From positions 53,231 to 117,230 of the forward strand of contig CAWKEH010000007.1 of NCBI GenBank assembly GCA_963848595.1: DNA of 64,000 bases, given 5' to 3'. Shown one piece after another: positions 30,454-39,756 of the stretch. A program made the translations under genes and the position numbers. The first letter of the stretch is position 1. Every line of letters begins with the position of its first letter. The notes under the pieces are model-generated. The model ran no database searches, had not been told where the DNA came from, and saw only the letters and a list, made by a program, of their open reading frames with translations. The stretch comes from an uncultured Alphaproteobacteria bacterium. Its GTDB lineage: Bacteria > Pseudomonadota > Alphaproteobacteria > Acetobacterales > Acetobacteraceae.

Positions 30454-30548
30454 GAGCCGCAGATGGCGGCAGCGGAAGGCGGCGGCAACCTTGACGCCCG
30501 GCGCGGGTGGTGGCCAAGGTTCGGCCCCCTCACAAGTGGAGAGACGCC

Positions 30549-31151
30549 ATGGCTTTCGAGCTGCCTCCCCTGCCCTACTCTCACGGCGCCTTGGCCGGGC
30601 GCGGCATGTGCCAGGAGACCCTGGAGCTGCACCACGACAAGCACCACCAGGCCTACGTCACTGCGCTCAACGGCTTCGTCGAGAAGGACCCGTCGCTGCA
30701 GGGCAAGTCGCTCGACGAGATCGTCAAGATGACGCATGGCCAGGCCGACAAGGCGCCAGTGTTCAACAACGCGGGCCAGCACTGGAACCACACGTTGTTC
30801 TGGCAGATGATGTCGCCCGAGGGCGGCCGCATCCCAGCCAAGCTGGAGAAGAAGCTCACCGAGGATTTCGGCAGCGTCCAAGCGTTCAAGGACCAGTTCA
30901 AGACCGCGGCGACGGGGCAGTTCGGCTCTGGCTGGGCTTGGCTCGTGCAGGGTCCGGACGGCAAGCTCAAGGTGACGAAGTCGCCGAACGGCAGCAACCC
31001 GCTCGCCACCGGCGAGGGCAAGGCGCTGCTCGGCGTGGACGTGTGGGAGCACAGCTACTATCTCGACTTCCGCAACCGCCGGCCCGACTACGTGCAGAAC
31101 TGGCTCGACAAGATCGCCAACTACGAGTTCGCCGAGAGCCGGATGAGCTAG
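30549..31151 (+). CDS. sodB: Fe/Mn superoxide dismutase
   Basis: MAFELPPLPY...LELHHDKHHQAYV...FNNAGQHWNH...DVWEHSYYLDFRN. Confidence 0.93.
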   Translation: MAFELPPLPYSHGALAGRGMCQETLELHHDKHHQAYVTALNGFVEKDPSLQGKSLDEIVKMTHGQADKAPVFNNAGQHWNHTLFWQMMSPEGGRIPAKLEKKLTEDFGSVQAFKDQFKTAATGQFGSGWAWLVQGPDGKLKVTKSPNGSNPLATGEGKALLGVDVWEHSYYLDFRNRRPDYVQNWLDKIANYEFAESRMS

Positions 31152-31189
31152 CCGATCGGACGCTCTGCGCTCCGATGCTGACCGTCCCC

Positions 31190-31310
31190 TATCGCCGTAG
31201 CCGTCCCCGGACTTGATCCGGGGATCGGGCCCAGCCATCCACGACTTCGCCGCGCGCCTGAGGTCGTGGAGGCTCGGATCGAGTCCGGGCATGACGATGC
31301 GGGGAGGACA
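31190..31310. repeat. GC-rich intergenic repeat with internal palindrome (same family as 20535..20640)
   Basis: ccccggacttgatccgggg is a palindrome. The reverse strand translates as MPGLDPSLHDL...WMAGPDPRIKSGDG, the kind of spurious peptide such repeats give. Confidence 0.5.
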
Positions 31311-31425
31311 AGGCACGAGTTAGGCGGCGGCTCAGGCGTCACGGCCGTCCGTCGCGCCGAAGGACGAAGAGGCCCGGCGCGCCCTCGCCCGCTACCGGGC
31401 GGCAGCGACCGGGCTGCTCCTGTTC

Positions 31426-32616
31426 ATGGTTGCCGTCATGCTCGGGAGCTACGCGCTCCCGCCAGGCTGGCTGCGCTCGCTGCTCGAATCCGGTGCCAAG
31501 GCCGGCGTCATCGGCGGCCTTGCGGACTGGTTCGCGATCGTCGCCCTGTTCCGCCACCCGCTCGGCATCCCGATCCCGCACACGGCGATCCTGCCGCGTC
31601 AGAAGGCTCGGCTCGGGCGGGCGCTCGGACGCTTCATCGCCGGGCACGTCATCACCGGGGCGGAGGTGGGCCGCGTCGTCGCCCAGCTCGATCTGCCCAC
31701 GATCTTCGCGCGCTTCCTCGAAGACCCAGTGGCGGCCCGGCCAGCCGCGGTAGAGCTGACGGCGCTTCTGCCTCGGCTGCTGTCCTCGGTCGAGGACGGC
31801 CGCGCGCGGCGGATGATCGCTCGCCTGGCGCCCCGGCTCGTCGGCGGCGCAGGCGCAGGCCGGGTAGTCGCCGGCGTGCTGCGCAGCCTGGTCGAGGGCG
31901 GCCGGCATCAGGAAGTGCTAGGCTTCGTGCTCGGCGAGCTGCGGCACGGCCTCGATGCGCGCGAAGCGAACCTGAGGACCTCGATCGAGGAGAGGGTCCG
32001 CGAGAAGGGCGGCGTCCTCGTCGGGTGGGCGCTCGGCGCGCAGATCGCGGCGCGGGTGATGGCGGCCGTGCGCGAGGAGCTCGACCGGGCGGGGCCCGAG
32101 GGCTCGGCGCTGCGCATCGCTTTCAACGAGTGGGCGCACCAGGAGATTGACAAGCTGGAGAGCGACCCGGAGCGCGCTCGCGAGATCGGCACGGCGCTGC
32201 GGCGCTTCGTCGGCCACGCCACGGTGCAGGCCTGGCTCTGGGACGTGTGGTCGCGGCTGCGGCTCGCGCTGGAGCAGGACGCAGCCAACCCGTCGGGCCG
32301 GACCCAGCAGCTTGCCGAGGGCGCGCTCGCCAACCTTGGCGGCGTGCTCGCGCGCGACCCGCAGGCGCGCGCGCGCCTCCAGGCCGCCGTCGAGAGCGTG
32401 GTCGCCACACTGCTGCCGAGCGCGCAGGCGCAGCTCTCCGACTTCATCGCGCGCGTCGTCGCCAACTGGGATACGGGAACGATCACGCGCCGCCTTGAGC
32501 TCTCGGTCGGCCGCGACCTGCAGTTCATCCGGGTGAACGGGACGCTCGTGGGCTTCCTCGTGGGCGCCGTGCTCTATGCCGGGCTGCGGCTGGTGTTCGG
32601 GACGGCGACGCCCTGA
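31426..32616 (+). CDS. DUF445-family membrane protein
   Basis: GGLADWFAIVALFRHPLGIPIPHTAILPRQKARLG signature plus a C-terminal TM segment. The first ATG lies inside a hydrophobic segment, so the true start is uncertain. Confidence 0.75.
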   Translation: MVAVMLGSYALPPGWLRSLLESGAKAGVIGGLADWFAIVALFRHPLGIPIPHTAILPRQKARLGRALGRFIAGHVITGAEVGRVVAQLDLPTIFARFLEDPVAARPAAVELTALLPRLLSSVEDGRARRMIARLAPRLVGGAGAGRVVAGVLRSLVEGGRHQEVLGFVLGELRHGLDAREANLRTSIEERVREKGGVLVGWALGAQIAARVMAAVREELDRAGPEGSALRIAFNEWAHQEIDKLESDPERAREIGTALRRFVGHATVQAWLWDVWSRLRLALEQDAANPSGRTQQLAEGALANLGGVLARDPQARARLQAAVESVVATLLPSAQAQLSDFIARVVANWDTGTITRRLELSVGRDLQFIRVNGTLVGFLVGAVLYAGLRLVFGTATP

Positions 32617-34673
32617 ACCGCTTCCTGGAACGCGGTCCGATCAGATGGAGGCGAAGGCGCTGCCATGGCGAGCGCGGCGGCGAGGTCCTGCAAGTGGTAG
32701 GGCTTGTGCAGGACAGGCAGTCCGTCCGCTTCGGCGTTGCCCTGATAGCCGGTCGTGAGCAGCACGCGCAGGCCCGGATGGCGCCGCTTCGCCTCGCGGG
32801 CAAGCGCCGCGCCGTCCATCCCGCCCGGCATGATGACGTCGGTCAGCAGCAGGTCCACGCCCGAGGCGCCCGGCGCGTCTCCCGAATCCGTTTCGTCGAG
32901 CGCAGCGAGCGCCGCCGCCGCGTTGGCGACGCGCCGGGCGCGATGCCCGAGCTGGTCGAGAAGCGCGCATACGAGCTCCGCGACCGAGTCGTCATCCTCA
33001 CACACCAGGACGGAGAGGCTGCGATCCGCTGGCGATAACGGCGGCGCCGGTGGGACTGGATCGGTCGGCAGCACGCCCGCGGCGACGGGCAGCAGCAGGC
33101 TCACCGTGGTGCCCCGCCCCGGGGCGCTCCGCACCTGCACCGCGCCGCCGCTCTGCCGCGCGAAGCCATAGACCTGGGCGAGGCCGAGCCCAGTTCCCTG
33201 GCCCGGCGGCTTGGTCGTGAAGAATGGCTCGAACAGGCGATCCACGATTTCGGGCGCCATGCCCGTGCCCCTATCGCTGACCGAGAGCCGCACGAACCCG
33301 CCATCCAAGCCGTCAGGATCGTGATCCGGCGCGAGCTGCACCGCCTCGGCCGCGATCAGCAGCTCGCCGCCGCCGGGCATCGCGTCGCGCGCGTTGAGCG
33401 CGAGGTTGAGCACCGCGAGTTCCAGCTCCGCCGAATCCGCGTGGATAGGGGGCAGGTCGGCAGCGAACCGCGTGCGCACGCGCACGTCGCCGCGCAGGGC
33501 ACGGGAGAGCAGATGACGCGCCTGAGCGTCGAGCCAGGGGCCGAGCGCGATCAGCTCGGGACGCAGCTTCTGGCGCCGGGCGAAGATGAGCAGCCTGCGC
33601 GCCAATTCGGCCCCGCGCCCCGTCGCGTCGCGCATGGCCTCGATCAGCTTCAGCCGGTGTCCGGGACCGCCTTTGGCGCCGTCCGCGCGCTCCAGCAGCG
33701 CGAGGCCGCTCGTCACGACCTGTAACAAGTTATTGAAGTCGTGCGCAACGCCGCCCGTGAGCTGCCCCAAGGCCTCCAGCTTCTCCGCCCGGCGTAGCCG
33801 CTCCTCGGCTTGGCGCTGCTGCGTCACATCCCGCGCCATGCCCAGCAGGCGCGCGATGCGCCCGGCGGCGTCGCGGAGCGGAGTGACGATCACGTCGAAG
33901 GTCAGCGTCTTGCCGCGGGACGGTACGGTCGTCGTGTAACTGTGAGTTCGGCCCAGCTCGATGCAGCGGCGGAACTCCGCACGCGCGACCTCCGCAACCT
34001 GCGGATGATGGAACGCCTCGGGCGGCTTGCCAGCAATCTCCGCGCTGCGCACGCCCAAGATGCGCTCGGCCTCGGGATTGATGCCCTCGTAGGCCAAGCT
34101 GCCGCCCTCGGCCACGTTCACGACGAACAGCGGTTCTGGAAAACTCTCGAAGTAGGCGCGGAAGCGTGCCTCGCTCGCGCCCAGCTCGGCCGTCCGCGCC
34201 TCCACCCGGCGCTCCAGCTCCTGATTCAGCTCGCGCAGCAGCGTCACGGCCTCCTCACGCGCGGCGACCTCCTCGCGCACCTGCAGTTGGCGCCCCCGCG
34301 CGCGGAGGGCGGCACGAGCCGCGGTGGCCAGCGCCTCGGCTACGAGCGGCCGCTCCAGCAGGACCGCGTTGCCGAGAGAGTTGAGCAGCGCCGACTGCGC
34401 CGCCGAGCGGACGGCGCGTGGCATGCCGAGGACGAGGAAGGGCAGGTCCGACCAGCTCGGCTGTCCGGCGACCCAGGTCAGCAGCGCCCCGAGCGCAGGT
34501 CCGGCCAGGGCCTCCTCGGTCGCGACGACGGCGCTCGCCCGGTCGCCCAGTATCGTGACCAAGGTGGCGAGATCGGCGCAGCTTATGACCGTCGTGCCGA
34601 GCGCGGTGAGCACGTCGGCGATGACACCAGCATCCCGGCCGCGCGGGGCGAGCACGAGGATGCGCTGCGTCAT
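32574..34673 (-). CDS. hybrid sensor histidine kinase / response regulator with N-terminal pseudo-receiver and PAS domain
   Basis: HisKA H-box ([13 protein letters not shown]), HATPase N/G boxes ([15 protein letters not shown]), and a C-terminal receiver ([15 protein letters not shown]). The N-terminal receiver-like fold lacks the acidic pocket. Confidence 0.88.
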   Translation of the reverse strand: MTQRILVLAPRGRDAGVIADVLTALGTTVISCADLATLVTILGDRASAVVATEEALAGPALGALLTWVAGQPSWSDLPFLVLGMPRAVRSAAQSALLNSLGNAVLLERPLVAEALATAARAALRARGRQLQVREEVAAREEAVTLLRELNQELERRVEARTAELGASEARFRAYFESFPEPLFVVNVAEGGSLAYEGINPEAERILGVRSAEIAGKPPEAFHHPQVAEVARAEFRRCIELGRTHSYTTTVPSRGKTLTFDVIVTPLRDAAGRIARLLGMARDVTQQRQAEERLRRAEKLEALGQLTGGVAHDFNNLLQVVTSGLALLERADGAKGGPGHRLKLIEAMRDATGRGAELARRLLIFARRQKLRPELIALGPWLDAQARHLLSRALRGDVRVRTRFAADLPPIHADSAELELAVLNLALNARDAMPGGGELLIAAEAVQLAPDHDPDGLDGGFVRLSVSDRGTGMAPEIVDRLFEPFFTTKPPGQGTGLGLAQVYGFARQSGGAVQVRSAPGRGTTVSLLLPVAAGVLPTDPVPPAPPLSPADRSLSVLVCEDDDSVAELVCALLDQLGHRARRVANAAAALAALDETDSGDAPGASGVDLLLTDVIMPGGMDGAALAREAKRRHPGLRVLLTTGYQGNAEADGLPVLHKPYHLQDLAAALAMAAPSPPSDRTAFQEAVQGVAVPNTSRSPA

Positions 34674-34677
34674 CGCC

Positions 34678-36141
34678 TCACGCCTCGTCCAGCCCCGGCA
34701 CGCCGAGCAGGATAGCACCCGGATCGCGAAGCTGCTCGCTCAGCTCCAGCCCGCCAGCATGGCCGATGAGCAGCTCGCGCACGGTATGCTCGTGCGGCAG
34801 CATTCGCGTCTTCGTCGCGTGGATCGCCCGGCGCACCTCGCCGCCGACCAAAAAGTAGCGCAGCACCAGCACAGTGTCGGCCAGGTAGCTCACGTCCACG
34901 GCAGAGATCTCGCCCGCGGCGCCGCGCAACCCGAGCACGAGCAGCGTGAGGCAGCCCTGCTGGTTGAGGTAGCTGAGCAGCTCATGAAGCTGCAGCAGCA
35001 GGAATCGCTCGCCCGGCATCGCCTGCAGGAACCCGTCGAGGCTGTCGAACACAAGCGCGCGCACCTTGTCCCGCTCGACGGCCTCGCGGACCTTCGCGAT
35101 GAACTCCCCCGGCGAGAGCTCCGCCGGGTCAGCCTGGTGGAGCGCGAGCGTGCCTCGGTCGAGCCAGGGCTGCAGGTCGCAGCCGAGCGCCCGGCATCGG
35201 GCGAGCAGCGTCGAACGACCCTCGTCGAAGAGGCAGATCTGGCCGGTCATCCCGGCTTCCAGCAGGGCGACGAGGCAGCGGGTAGCTAGCAGCGTCTTGC
35301 CGGCGCCTGCAGGACCGGTGATGAGCAGGTTGGTGCCGGGCACCAACCCCCCGCCGAGCAGCGCGTCGAGCCTCGGCAGGCCTGTCGTGATGGGCGCGCC
35401 GAGGAAGGCGGTGCGGTGCTCGGCAGCGATCAGCCTAGGGAAGACGCGGATGCCGCCCGTGACGATCACGTAGTCGTGCCAGCCGCTGCGGAAGGTGCTG
35501 CCGCGCAACTTCACTACGCGCAACCGGCGGCGCTCGGTGCCGAACTCCTCGCCGACCTGCTCCAGCACGACGACGCTGTTCACCATGCTGTGGAGCTGCG
35601 TGGCACCCTCGCTGACAGTCTGATCGTCGAGCAGGAGGGCGGTGCAGCCCTGGGTGATGAGGAACTCTTTGAGCGCGAGCATCTGCCGCCGGTAGCGCAG
35701 CGGGTCCTGGGCAAGCACGCGCATCTCGCTGAGGCTGTCGAAGACGACGCGGATCGGACGGGCTTCGGTGACCTGGCGCATGACGGCGCGGATGGTCTCG
35801 CCGAGCTCGAGCTCGCTCGGCCGGAGCACGCTCTGCTCGGCCATTGGATCGAGCGCGGCCTCGCCGACCAGCTCGCGCAGGGCGAGGCCACCGAGGTCCC
35901 AGCCGTGGCTCGCGGCGGCGGCGTGCAGCTCATCCGCGCCTTCGGACAGGGTGAGGTATAAGCCGCTCTCGCCCTCGGCGAGTCCCGCAAGCAGGAACTG
36001 GAGCGCGAGCGTGGTCTTGCCGGTGCCGGGGCTGCCCTCGACGATATGGGCACGCCCGCGGACGAAGCCGCCGCAGAGGACATCATCCAGTCCGGCGATT
36101 CCCGTCTTCGCCCGCGCCTCATCCATCGAGCTGGCCTCCAT
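34678..36141 (-). CDS. KaiC-like double RecA-domain ATPase
   Basis: Two KaiC/RecA-like halves, each with a Walker A motif (GSPGTGKT, GPAGAGKT). Its stop lies 4 nt before the kinase start. An ATG at 36126 has better Shine-Dalgarno spacing. Confidence 0.85.
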   Translation of the reverse strand: MEASSMDEARAKTGIAGLDDVLCGGFVRGRAHIVEGSPGTGKTTLALQFLLAGLAEGESGLYLTLSEGADELHAAAASHGWDLGGLALRELVGEAALDPMAEQSVLRPSELELGETIRAVMRQVTEARPIRVVFDSLSEMRVLAQDPLRYRRQMLALKEFLITQGCTALLLDDQTVSEGATQLHSMVNSVVVLEQVGEEFGTERRRLRVVKLRGSTFRSGWHDYVIVTGGIRVFPRLIAAEHRTAFLGAPITTGLPRLDALLGGGLVPGTNLLITGPAGAGKTLLATRCLVALLEAGMTGQICLFDEGRSTLLARCRALGCDLQPWLDRGTLALHQADPAELSPGEFIAKVREAVERDKVRALVFDSLDGFLQAMPGERFLLLQLHELLSYLNQQGCLTLLVLGLRGAAGEISAVDVSYLADTVLVLRYFLVGGEVRRAIHATKTRMLPHEHTVRELLIGHAGGLELSEQLRDPGAILLGVPGLDEA

Positions 36142-36294
36142 CCCTCCTCAACAGGTTCTCGGGCACGAGGTTGCCGGAGGGGACCAGTGACGCTCACATC
36201 GTGTTCGGAAGGTTCTACGGTGCGTCTGGGCATCTTGGACCAGAGCCGCGGCGCATCCAGGCCGTTAACTGACAGAGAGCGCACGCGCGAAACT

Positions 36295-36318
36295 AGACCT
36301 CACAGGTCTGTGAGGTCT
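36295..36318. promoter_or_regulatory. perfect palindrome upstream of the KaiC-like operon
   Basis: agacctcaca-ggtc-tgtgaggtct is a 10-bp perfect inverted repeat about 155 nt upstream of the ORF start. Confidence 0.4.
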
Positions 36319-36356
36319 ACTGCAACGCTCGCCCGTGATGTTGCTTAGAGCAGATC

Positions 36357-36450
36357 GCAGGACGCTTGGGACAAGCGTTCTGCGTGAAGATGCTCGTCAA
36401 AAAGAAGGCTACAGCACTTCGCGTCCCAACCGGGACGCGAAGTGCTGTAG
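36357..36450. repeat. tandem long hairpins, second copy of the architecture seen at 2624..2734
   Basis: Hairpin 1 is gcaggacgcttg-gga-caagcgttctgc. Hairpin 2 is the perfect 19-bp stem ctacagcacttcgcgtccc-aacc-gggacgcgaagtgctgtag. Confidence 0.7.
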
Positions 36451-36543
36451 TGCGGCGCTGCCGCCGTGCCCGACGCGCTCGCGGATGAGGCCGCGAAGTA
36501 CCCTACCGCGCAGGCGCGCGGCCCGGCAGCCTGAATACGAAGC

Positions 36544-36873
36544 CTACTGCCGGCCGAAGCCGGAGGACTGGCGGAAGACCACTCCGCGCCCCTGGCGGCG
36601 TAGGCCGGCGCGCCAGCGGCGCCAGCGCAGCGTCGCCCAGGCCACGACCGCGGCGAGCAGCGCCACGGGGAGGAGCACGGCGGCGACCGAGATCGCGAGC
36701 GCGGCGATCGCGAGGCCGCCCGCGACGAGGGCGAGCAGTGCGGCGCCGACCAGGATGCGGAGCGACAGTGGCGGCCCGGCGACGCCCCGGAAGCGCCCGT
36801 CTGGCAGCATGTCGAGCAGGGGAGGACGACGCTCCATGCGGAGGCACGTGGCCACGCATCCCGGCCAGGTCAA
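36544..36873 (-). CDS. small hypothetical membrane protein
   Basis: About 100-aa ORF with two strongly hydrophobic helices and an Arg-rich tail. No family recognised. Confidence 0.35.
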   Translation of the reverse strand: MTWPGCVATCLRMERRPPLLDMLPDGRFRGVAGPPLSLRILVGAALLALVAGGLAIAALAISVAAVLLPVALLAAVVAWATLRWRRWRAGLRRQGRGVVFRQSSGFGRQ

Positions 36874-36912
36874 GCCCTACCCGCCTTGAGCGTGCGGCGC
36901 TATATCGCGCCC

Positions 36913-37170
36913 ATGCGCACGCTCATCCTCGCCGGTCTCCTCGCGGCCGGTTCCGCCTTCGCGCAGGCTCCCCCCGTCCGCGCCGACATCGGCGCCGATG
37001 CGGCCTGGGCACGGGCAACCGCGCCGGACCAGACCGTGGGCGCCGCTTACGCGACCCTGACCAGCCCAGTGCCAGACCGGCTCGTCGCCGTGCAGACGCC
37101 GATCACGCCTTGCGCCGAGCTGCACACGATGACGATGGACGGCGGCGTAACGCGGACAAGCGGGCCATGA
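36913..37170 (+). pseudogene. copper chaperone PCu(A)C, C-terminally truncated
   Basis: Signal peptide plus GAAYATLTSPVPDRLVAVQTP...AELHTMTMDGGV, then an abrupt end. The second Cu-binding half of the family is absent, and the stop overlaps the SCO start. Confidence 0.6.
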
Positions 37171-37748
37171 TGCGCCGCCGCCTCCTGCTCCTCGCGCCGG
37201 CCGGAGTTCTCGCCGGCGGGCTCGTGGGAGCCGGCGCTTGGTGGGCGACGCGCGCCGCTCCGGCGCCTACGATTGGCGGCCCGTTCCGCCTCCTGGACGG
37301 CGACGGACACGGCTTCACCGAGCATAGCCTCGTCGGCAAGGCATCGCTGGTCTATTTCGGCTACACGCACTGCCCCGATGCCTGCCCGACCGCGCTGCAG
37401 GACATGGCGAACGCCGTGGACAGGCTGACGCCCGCCGAGCGCAAGCAGGTGCAGATCGTGTTCATCACCGTGGACCCGGCGCGCGACACGCCCGCGGTGA
37501 TGAAGAGCTACGCCAGCGCCTTCGGCCCCGAAGTCGAGGGCCTCACCGGTTCGCCCGGCGCCATTGCTCAGGCGGCGCGCGAGTATCGCGTGTATTACGC
37601 CCGTCACAACGAGAAAGGCGGCGACTACAGCATGGACCACAGCAGCATCATCTATCTCATGGACAAGCAGGGCCAGTTCGTGAGCGTCTTCACGCAAGAG
37701 ACGACGCCTGACGAGATGGCGTCCGAGCTGCGGAAGGTCATAAGCTAA
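37167..37748 (+). CDS. SCO1/SenC family copper chaperone / thiol-disulfide oxidoreductase
   Basis: FGYTHCPDACP CxxxC motif and a downstream DHS, with an N-terminal TM anchor. Confidence 0.88.
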   Translation: MMRRRLLLLAPAGVLAGGLVGAGAWWATRAAPAPTIGGPFRLLDGDGHGFTEHSLVGKASLVYFGYTHCPDACPTALQDMANAVDRLTPAERKQVQIVFITVDPARDTPAVMKSYASAFGPEVEGLTGSPGAIAQAAREYRVYYARHNEKGGDYSMDHSSIIYLMDKQGQFVSVFTQETTPDEMASELRKVIS

Positions 37749-37769
37749 CCGCCTCCATCGGCCGGGCAC

Positions 37770-39486
37770 CTAATCCGCTGATTCAGGCTGCGGCACGCGG
37801 GCTTGCTCCGTCCGGACTGGATGAATGCGAAACAGGGCAGCCATATCGGAGTGGCTCACGAGCGTCAGCCGCTCGGGCAGAAGCTTCGTCAGCTCAGGAG
37901 CGCCGCCCGCGTCGAGAAGCAGGACGTAATCGAAGTTCCTCTCCCATCCAGCAACGTAGGGAGATTGGAGGCGTTCGGTCTGGGATAGCCGCTCGACGCC
38001 GAGCAGGTGGTAGCTCGGTACCTGGCCGCTCTGCATCGAGATCTGCCTGTAGGGTGGAAGAACCTGAAGCGGCTGCTGCCATGGGGTGGTGAACAGCAGC
38101 GGCCAGAACGCCTTGTGCTCAATCAGGAGCAGCGCGGCCATGTGGAACTCAGTGCGTGTCAGGGCGGTGATGAAGCGCCCGGCCGGAACCCGGTTCCAGT
38201 AAGCTGGGTTGTCCTTCGGTGTGACCGCGACGACCAGCACTCGGCTCCCCGGCCCTACGGAGACGATGCTCGCCCGCAACTCGCGTAGGTCCTCATTGTG
38301 CTGCGCCCATACCAACGAGAGCACTGTCAGGCGGGCAGCGAACAAGCATGTGAAGAAGGCGGTGGCGAGAACGGCGCAGCGCCGCGGTAGGCAGGACGGC
38401 GAAAACCCGGCAAACAGCAAGAACCCGAGCATGATCGGGAAGCGCGCATCGAGCCACCCACCGGCTCTCGCTCCGAAAGGACAGGCCGTGTAGAGCACGA
38501 TGAGCACGGCCAGCGCGACGCGAACTCCGGACCGGCAGCGTTCCGTGAGCCGTGCGGCAACAAACATATACGAATAGGGGCACTGCGGCGGCCGCCGCGA
38601 GATCGAGCGGCAGGTTGTAGGTTAGGAACGGCTCGGCGAGATCGAACAGCTTCAGGCTGGCAGGCAGCCATAGAGCACCTGAAGCCAGCGACGGCTGAAG
38701 CGGCGAGCACGTGTAGAGCAGCAGCGCGGGCAGAAAGATCACTGCCGTCGGCGCCCGTCGGAGAGCGAGTCGCAGCATGGCAGCTTTGGGCGATCCAACC
38801 CGCCAGTGCAGCCAGAGTAGCTCGATCTCCTGGGCGGCGATCAGCACGAGAAGCAGCAGCACGCCGCCGAGATGCGCGAGGAAGGTGATCGCGCAAGCGG
38901 CAGCGCAGGCCAGCCCGGCGCGCACCGGCCGTCGATCCCCGAAGCGCGCCCAGAACGCGGCCGTCAGCAGCGCGAGGCCGACGCTGATCAGGAAGTTCAG
39001 GAAGCCGAGGAGGAGCACCGCATTGTAAGCGATCAGCCCGGAACAGAGCGGCCAGAGCCGCCATGTGCCGAAGGTCGCGCGGCTGTAGGCGAGCGTGCCG
39101 AGCACGGGCAGGAGCAGGGCAAGGCCGATCACCATGCGTCCGGCGATGTGCACCGGGAACACGCGCAGCAGCGGCGGCAGCACGAGATCGATGGCCAGGT
39201 TCGGGATGACTTGCCAGTGCGGTTCATACATCCGCGACAGCACCGCGTCCTTTGAGCCGAAAGCGAGCACGAAGGCTCGCGCCAAGTGATTGGGGTAATC
39301 GAGGAGCGGCGGCACGTCGGTCAGCAGCAGGGGCGCCAGGAGGAGCAGGCACAGGCCAAGATGAATCCCGCGCCACGTGACCCAACCTCTTGCGACCTGC
39401 AGTGGAGACGCCGCCATGAGCGGAGAACCTCGCGCGAGTGATGTCATTCGCGGGGCAGACCGCACGATTTGCCCCGCCCAGATCAT
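37770..39486 (-). pseudogene. large polytopic membrane protein of unknown function, frameshifted near 38560-38580
   Basis: The N-terminal 300 aa (multi-TM, PPLLDYPNHLARAF) lie in ORF 38293..39486. The continuation (MFVAARLTERC..., more TMs, then a soluble C-terminus) lies in ORF 37770..38567. Confidence 0.6.
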
Positions 39487-39756
39487 TACCGGCGAATCAT
39501 TGCGGAGCGATTAACAGTGCTCCGTTCTCCAGCGAGATTGCCCGAGGCTGCAAGAAGCCGCGTGCGAGCTCGCTAGGGGGGTGATGCTGGCAGGTGGACC
39601 GTGTGCCCCGCATACTCCTCAGTGCGGGGATAGCGCGTCTCGATAGCCCGATCGACGGCAGGCGTGTAGCGGCTATCGTAGAGGGGCATCCCACGTTCTC
39701 CCTGCGTGATGACGAAGGCGAACGCGCAAGCGTCAATCATGCTGACGATCCGCCGC

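Noticed and set aside
31324-31425. Possible N-terminal extension of the DUF445 protein (PKDEEARRALARYRAAATGLLLF)
   Set aside because: The frame is open back to a TAG at 31321 and looks like coding sequence. But it contains no ATG, GTG or TTG, so no start can be supported. It could be another indel, but that cannot be shown from the sequence alone.
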